Shown here one piece after another: positions 25,577 to 27,700 of a DNA stretch of 27,700 nt. Every line of letters starts with the position of its first letter. Within the stretch, counting starts at the first letter, position 1. The DNA comes from Candidatus Odinarchaeia archaeon. Its GTDB lineage: Archaea > Asgardarchaeota > Odinarchaeia > Odinarchaeales > Odinarchaeaceae. The position numbers and the translations under genes are program-made. The stretch spans positions 1 through 27,700 of the forward strand of contig JAHQXC010000008.1 of assembly GCA_029856525.1 (NCBI GenBank), read 5' to 3'. Under the pieces are notes generated by a model. It ran no database searches. It was not told the DNA's origin and saw only the letters and a list, made by a program, of their open reading frames with translations.

Positions 25577-26116
25577 TCACTCTCCTGTGGTGCCTAAAGC
25601 TCTTGATATTATAGTAGCTAACGCAAAGTTGCAGATCATATACCAGAAGACAAAGTACAGGCCGTAACCGATAGAGTCAACCGCGCCTAGTAAGTTTCCT
25701 AGAAAAGGCACATTGTTAAGTCTGAAAGGCGTGTAAGCGACTAGTATAGGCGAGCCGCCTGAGCTGAAAAAACCGTTGAGAACGAAGAATAAGATAATTA
25801 ACGGGACGAATGTGAATATTAAAGGCTTCAATCTCTCCTTCGCTATTTTACCCGTAATTTTTTGAATATACTTGTTTTTTCTCTGAAGTTGAATAATTTT
25901 CTTCGTATCCCCCTCCATTTCAGCTTTCTTTAAAGCTTCTTTATGAAGTCTAATCTGTTTATTATATCTTCTAAGCTGGTCGGTGTCGGTTATTAAACGG
26001 GTTATGAGATTTGATATAAGGGATGTGGCTATAGCGATCCCTATAACTAAAAGCGCTGAGCCTGGAGGGTATTGTACAACTTCAAATATAGCTGGGGTTA
26101 AAGCGTAAGCTAACAT
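25577..26116 (-). CDS. EMC3/TMCO1 (DUF106, Oxa1-superfamily) membrane insertase
   Basis: TM1, cytosolic coiled coil (DQLRRYNKQI..AEMEGD), KPLIFTFVP TM, FWYMICNF C-terminal TM; conserved position after adk. Confidence 0.9.
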   Translation of the reverse strand: MLAYALTPAIFEVVQYPPGSALLVIGIAIATSLISNLITRLITDTDQLRRYNKQIRLHKEALKKAEMEGDTKKIIQLQRKNKYIQKITGKIAKERLKPLIFTFVPLIILFFVLNGFFSSGGSPILVAYTPFRLNNVPFLGNLLGAVDSIGYGLYFVFWYMICNFALATIISRALGTTGE

Positions 26117-26120
26117 TTTT

Positions 26121-26717
26121 TTAAACCTCTCCTATTAGCAGTTTAGCTATTTTCTCAGCTGCTTTATCAGGTTTTCCCTGCGTGTTATAAACTATGTTTA
26201 AAACAGAGCCGATTAACACCGCGCAGGATATTGCGGTTGAACGGGCTAGATCCTGGTGTAGTTGAAGGGAGCTAGTCTCCTCTATATCCCTGTTTCTCGT
26301 CTCATCTTCAAGTCTGCGAATAAATATGTCTTCAGGGTCAGCTTCAACTAGAATAATCTGATCTGGTCTAAGCTCCTCGGCAACCCAGGATGGTAAGCCT
26401 ACCAGATATCCGCCTGGTGTGCTGATAAGCATATGAGTGTCGACTATTAATGTTACACCGGAAGCAGCTTTCTCTCTTATCTTCTTAGCCGCGATCTTCT
26501 GAAGCTTTATCTGGATTTCCGGTGGAAGCTTCCTCATCTGATCTCTTTCCTCAACAAGACCCTCAGCTTTAGCTGCTTCAAACATAGCTGTCCCATAATT
26601 CGCTATTTCAATATTAGTGTAACCTTTCTCCGCTGCTTTTTGAACAGCTAAATTCACAACAGTTGTTTTACCAACCCCGGGGGCGCCGGCTATTACAATA
26701 ACTTTACCGAACGGCAT
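26121..26717 (-). CDS. adkA: Adenylate kinase (archaeal type)
   Basis: IAGAPGVGKTT, NYGTAM, RDQMRKL, VDTH, GYLVGLP, RRLEDETRNRD. Confidence 0.96.
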   Translation of the reverse strand: MPFGKVIVIAGAPGVGKTTVVNLAVQKAAEKGYTNIEIANYGTAMFEAAKAEGLVEERDQMRKLPPEIQIKLQKIAAKKIREKAASGVTLIVDTHMLISTPGGYLVGLPSWVAEELRPDQIILVEADPEDIFIRRLEDETRNRDIEETSSLQLHQDLARSTAISCAVLIGSVLNIVYNTQGKPDKAAEKIAKLLIGEV

Positions 26718-26720
26718 ATT

Positions 26721-27700
26721 TCAACGCCTCCTCATCATGAAAGCTGCTAGCTCACCCTGCTGCTCTTCGGCGATTGTTCTAAGATATTGGAAGACTATAC
26801 CTACAAGGAGGAGTACTCCCATACCCGTGCCGAACGCTCCTAGAAAATCAGCGAAAACTGTGAGTAAACCTACGAATAAACCGCCTAAGACTGTTACCGT
26901 TGGAATATACCTGTTTAAAATTGTTTCATAAACGGTTAGAGATTGACGGAAACCTGGTATTTGCATAGGAGAGGATAGAAGTTGATGCGCAATATCGCGT
27001 GAAGATATTCCTGAAACTTCAACCCATACTTTAGCTAGAGCACCGCATAAAACTGTGAAAATTAAAAGGTATATTAGCGCTCTTAAAGGATCGGCTGCTA
27101 TACTCCCCTCGCCGACTATTCCTCTAGGCGGTGTTAGGAAGTAGACTAAGCCGCCGATAGGTTCAAGCTGCCCGCTGCTACCTGTTTTAAACATAGCTAG
27201 AAGATTAAGTAGGAGATTATCGTTTAATCTGTTAAATGTATTCCAGACCCCTTGACTTACTAAGAGAATGTTAGCGTATATCGCTTGAACTAGTATAACA
27301 GGTATATTAGATACATATAAGAATCTTATAGGATACCGGCCTGTGTAACCTCTATATTTAGCCATTTTAAGAGGTATCTCGACGCGTACAGATTCGAAGT
27401 ATACGACTAATATTACAACGGCTATTGTAGCTAAAAACCCTATAAGACTAGGATTCGGATATCTTGTGAAACTTAAATATATTAAATCAGGAGGGTTACC
27501 GTTAATAGTTCCGCCTGTGACGGCTGCTATCACTCCTTGAAAGAATGCTAGTATACCCCCTCTGAAATATCCGTCACCTGCTGGTGCTGGTGAAAACATA
27601 TTCCAGAAAATAGAGCCGGTTACGTTAGCTGCGATAAACAAGCTTACACCGCTGCCTATACCCCACCCTTTCTGAATCATCTCATCCATTAGAATTATGA
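26721..27700 (-). CDS. secY: Preprotein translocase SecY/Sec61alpha (5' part outside the window)
   Basis: DEMIQKGWGIGSGVSLFIAA, YPIRFLYVSNIPVIL, IPGFR, RYIPTVT, GTGMGVLLLV. The frame stays open to the window edge. Confidence 0.97.
   Translation of the reverse strand, partial: IILMDEMIQKGWGIGSGVSLFIAANVTGSIFWNMFSPAPAGDGYFRGGILAFFQGVIAAVTGGTINGNPPDLIYLSFTRYPNPSLIGFLATIAVVILVVYFESVRVEIPLKMAKYRGYTGRYPIRFLYVSNIPVILVQAIYANILLVSQGVWNTFNRLNDNLLLNLLAMFKTGSSGQLEPIGGLVYFLTPPRGIVGEGSIAADPLRALIYLLIFTVLCGALAKVWVEVSGISSRDIAHQLLSSPMQIPGFRQSLTVYETILNRYIPTVTVLGGLFVGLLTVFADFLGAFGTGMGVLLLVGIVFQYLRTIAEEQQGELAAFMMRRR

Noticed and set aside
597-26931. Short ORF-track entries nested in or antisense to confident genes (e.g. 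597-818, 2603-2800, 3363-3602, 5036-5269, 5410-5655, 6305-6604, 8500-8742, 12020-12205, 12114-12299, 12678-12875, 14183-14467, 14507-14806, 17796-18008, 20090-20314, 20456-20662, 23334-23576, 25206-25418, 25415-25597, 26737-26931)
   Set aside because: Shadow ORFs overlapping well-supported genes, with no motifs.
1-27700. CRISPR arrays, transposases, integrases, rRNA genes
   Set aside because: No spaced direct repeats, and no such ORFs or rRNA motifs were seen.

Overview
AT-rich archaeal chromosomal window, almost certainly from an Asgard archaeon (inference: a Rab-like GTPase, a gelsolin-domain protein and a roadblock protein sit among archaeal housekeeping genes; composition would fit a thermophilic, Odinarchaeia-like lineage, not verified). 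In order: leuS; a CBS-pair/F420:NADP oxidoreductase fusion; an unannotated 48-aa zinc-ribbon ORF; glmM; a minus-strand run of ACT-hom-[Rab GTPase fused to an apparently dead M20-peptidase fold]-nnr-gelsolin-roadblock; glyoxylate reductase and glycerate kinase; a TIGR00300 protein; a phosphoesterase; rps13-rps4-rps11 without rpoD; an MFS-lrpA/rubrerythrin-fprA-ogg oxidative-stress block; rpl14e-cbf5-tRNA-Ser(GGA, intron), inverted relative to the usual order; and secY(partial)-adk-EMC3/TMCO1-rpl34e(short)-cmk. No CRISPR array or intact mobile element was seen. The best candidate for an undescribed system is the Rab/pseudo-M20-gelsolin-roadblock cluster. All calls come from reading motifs by eye; no database searches were run.
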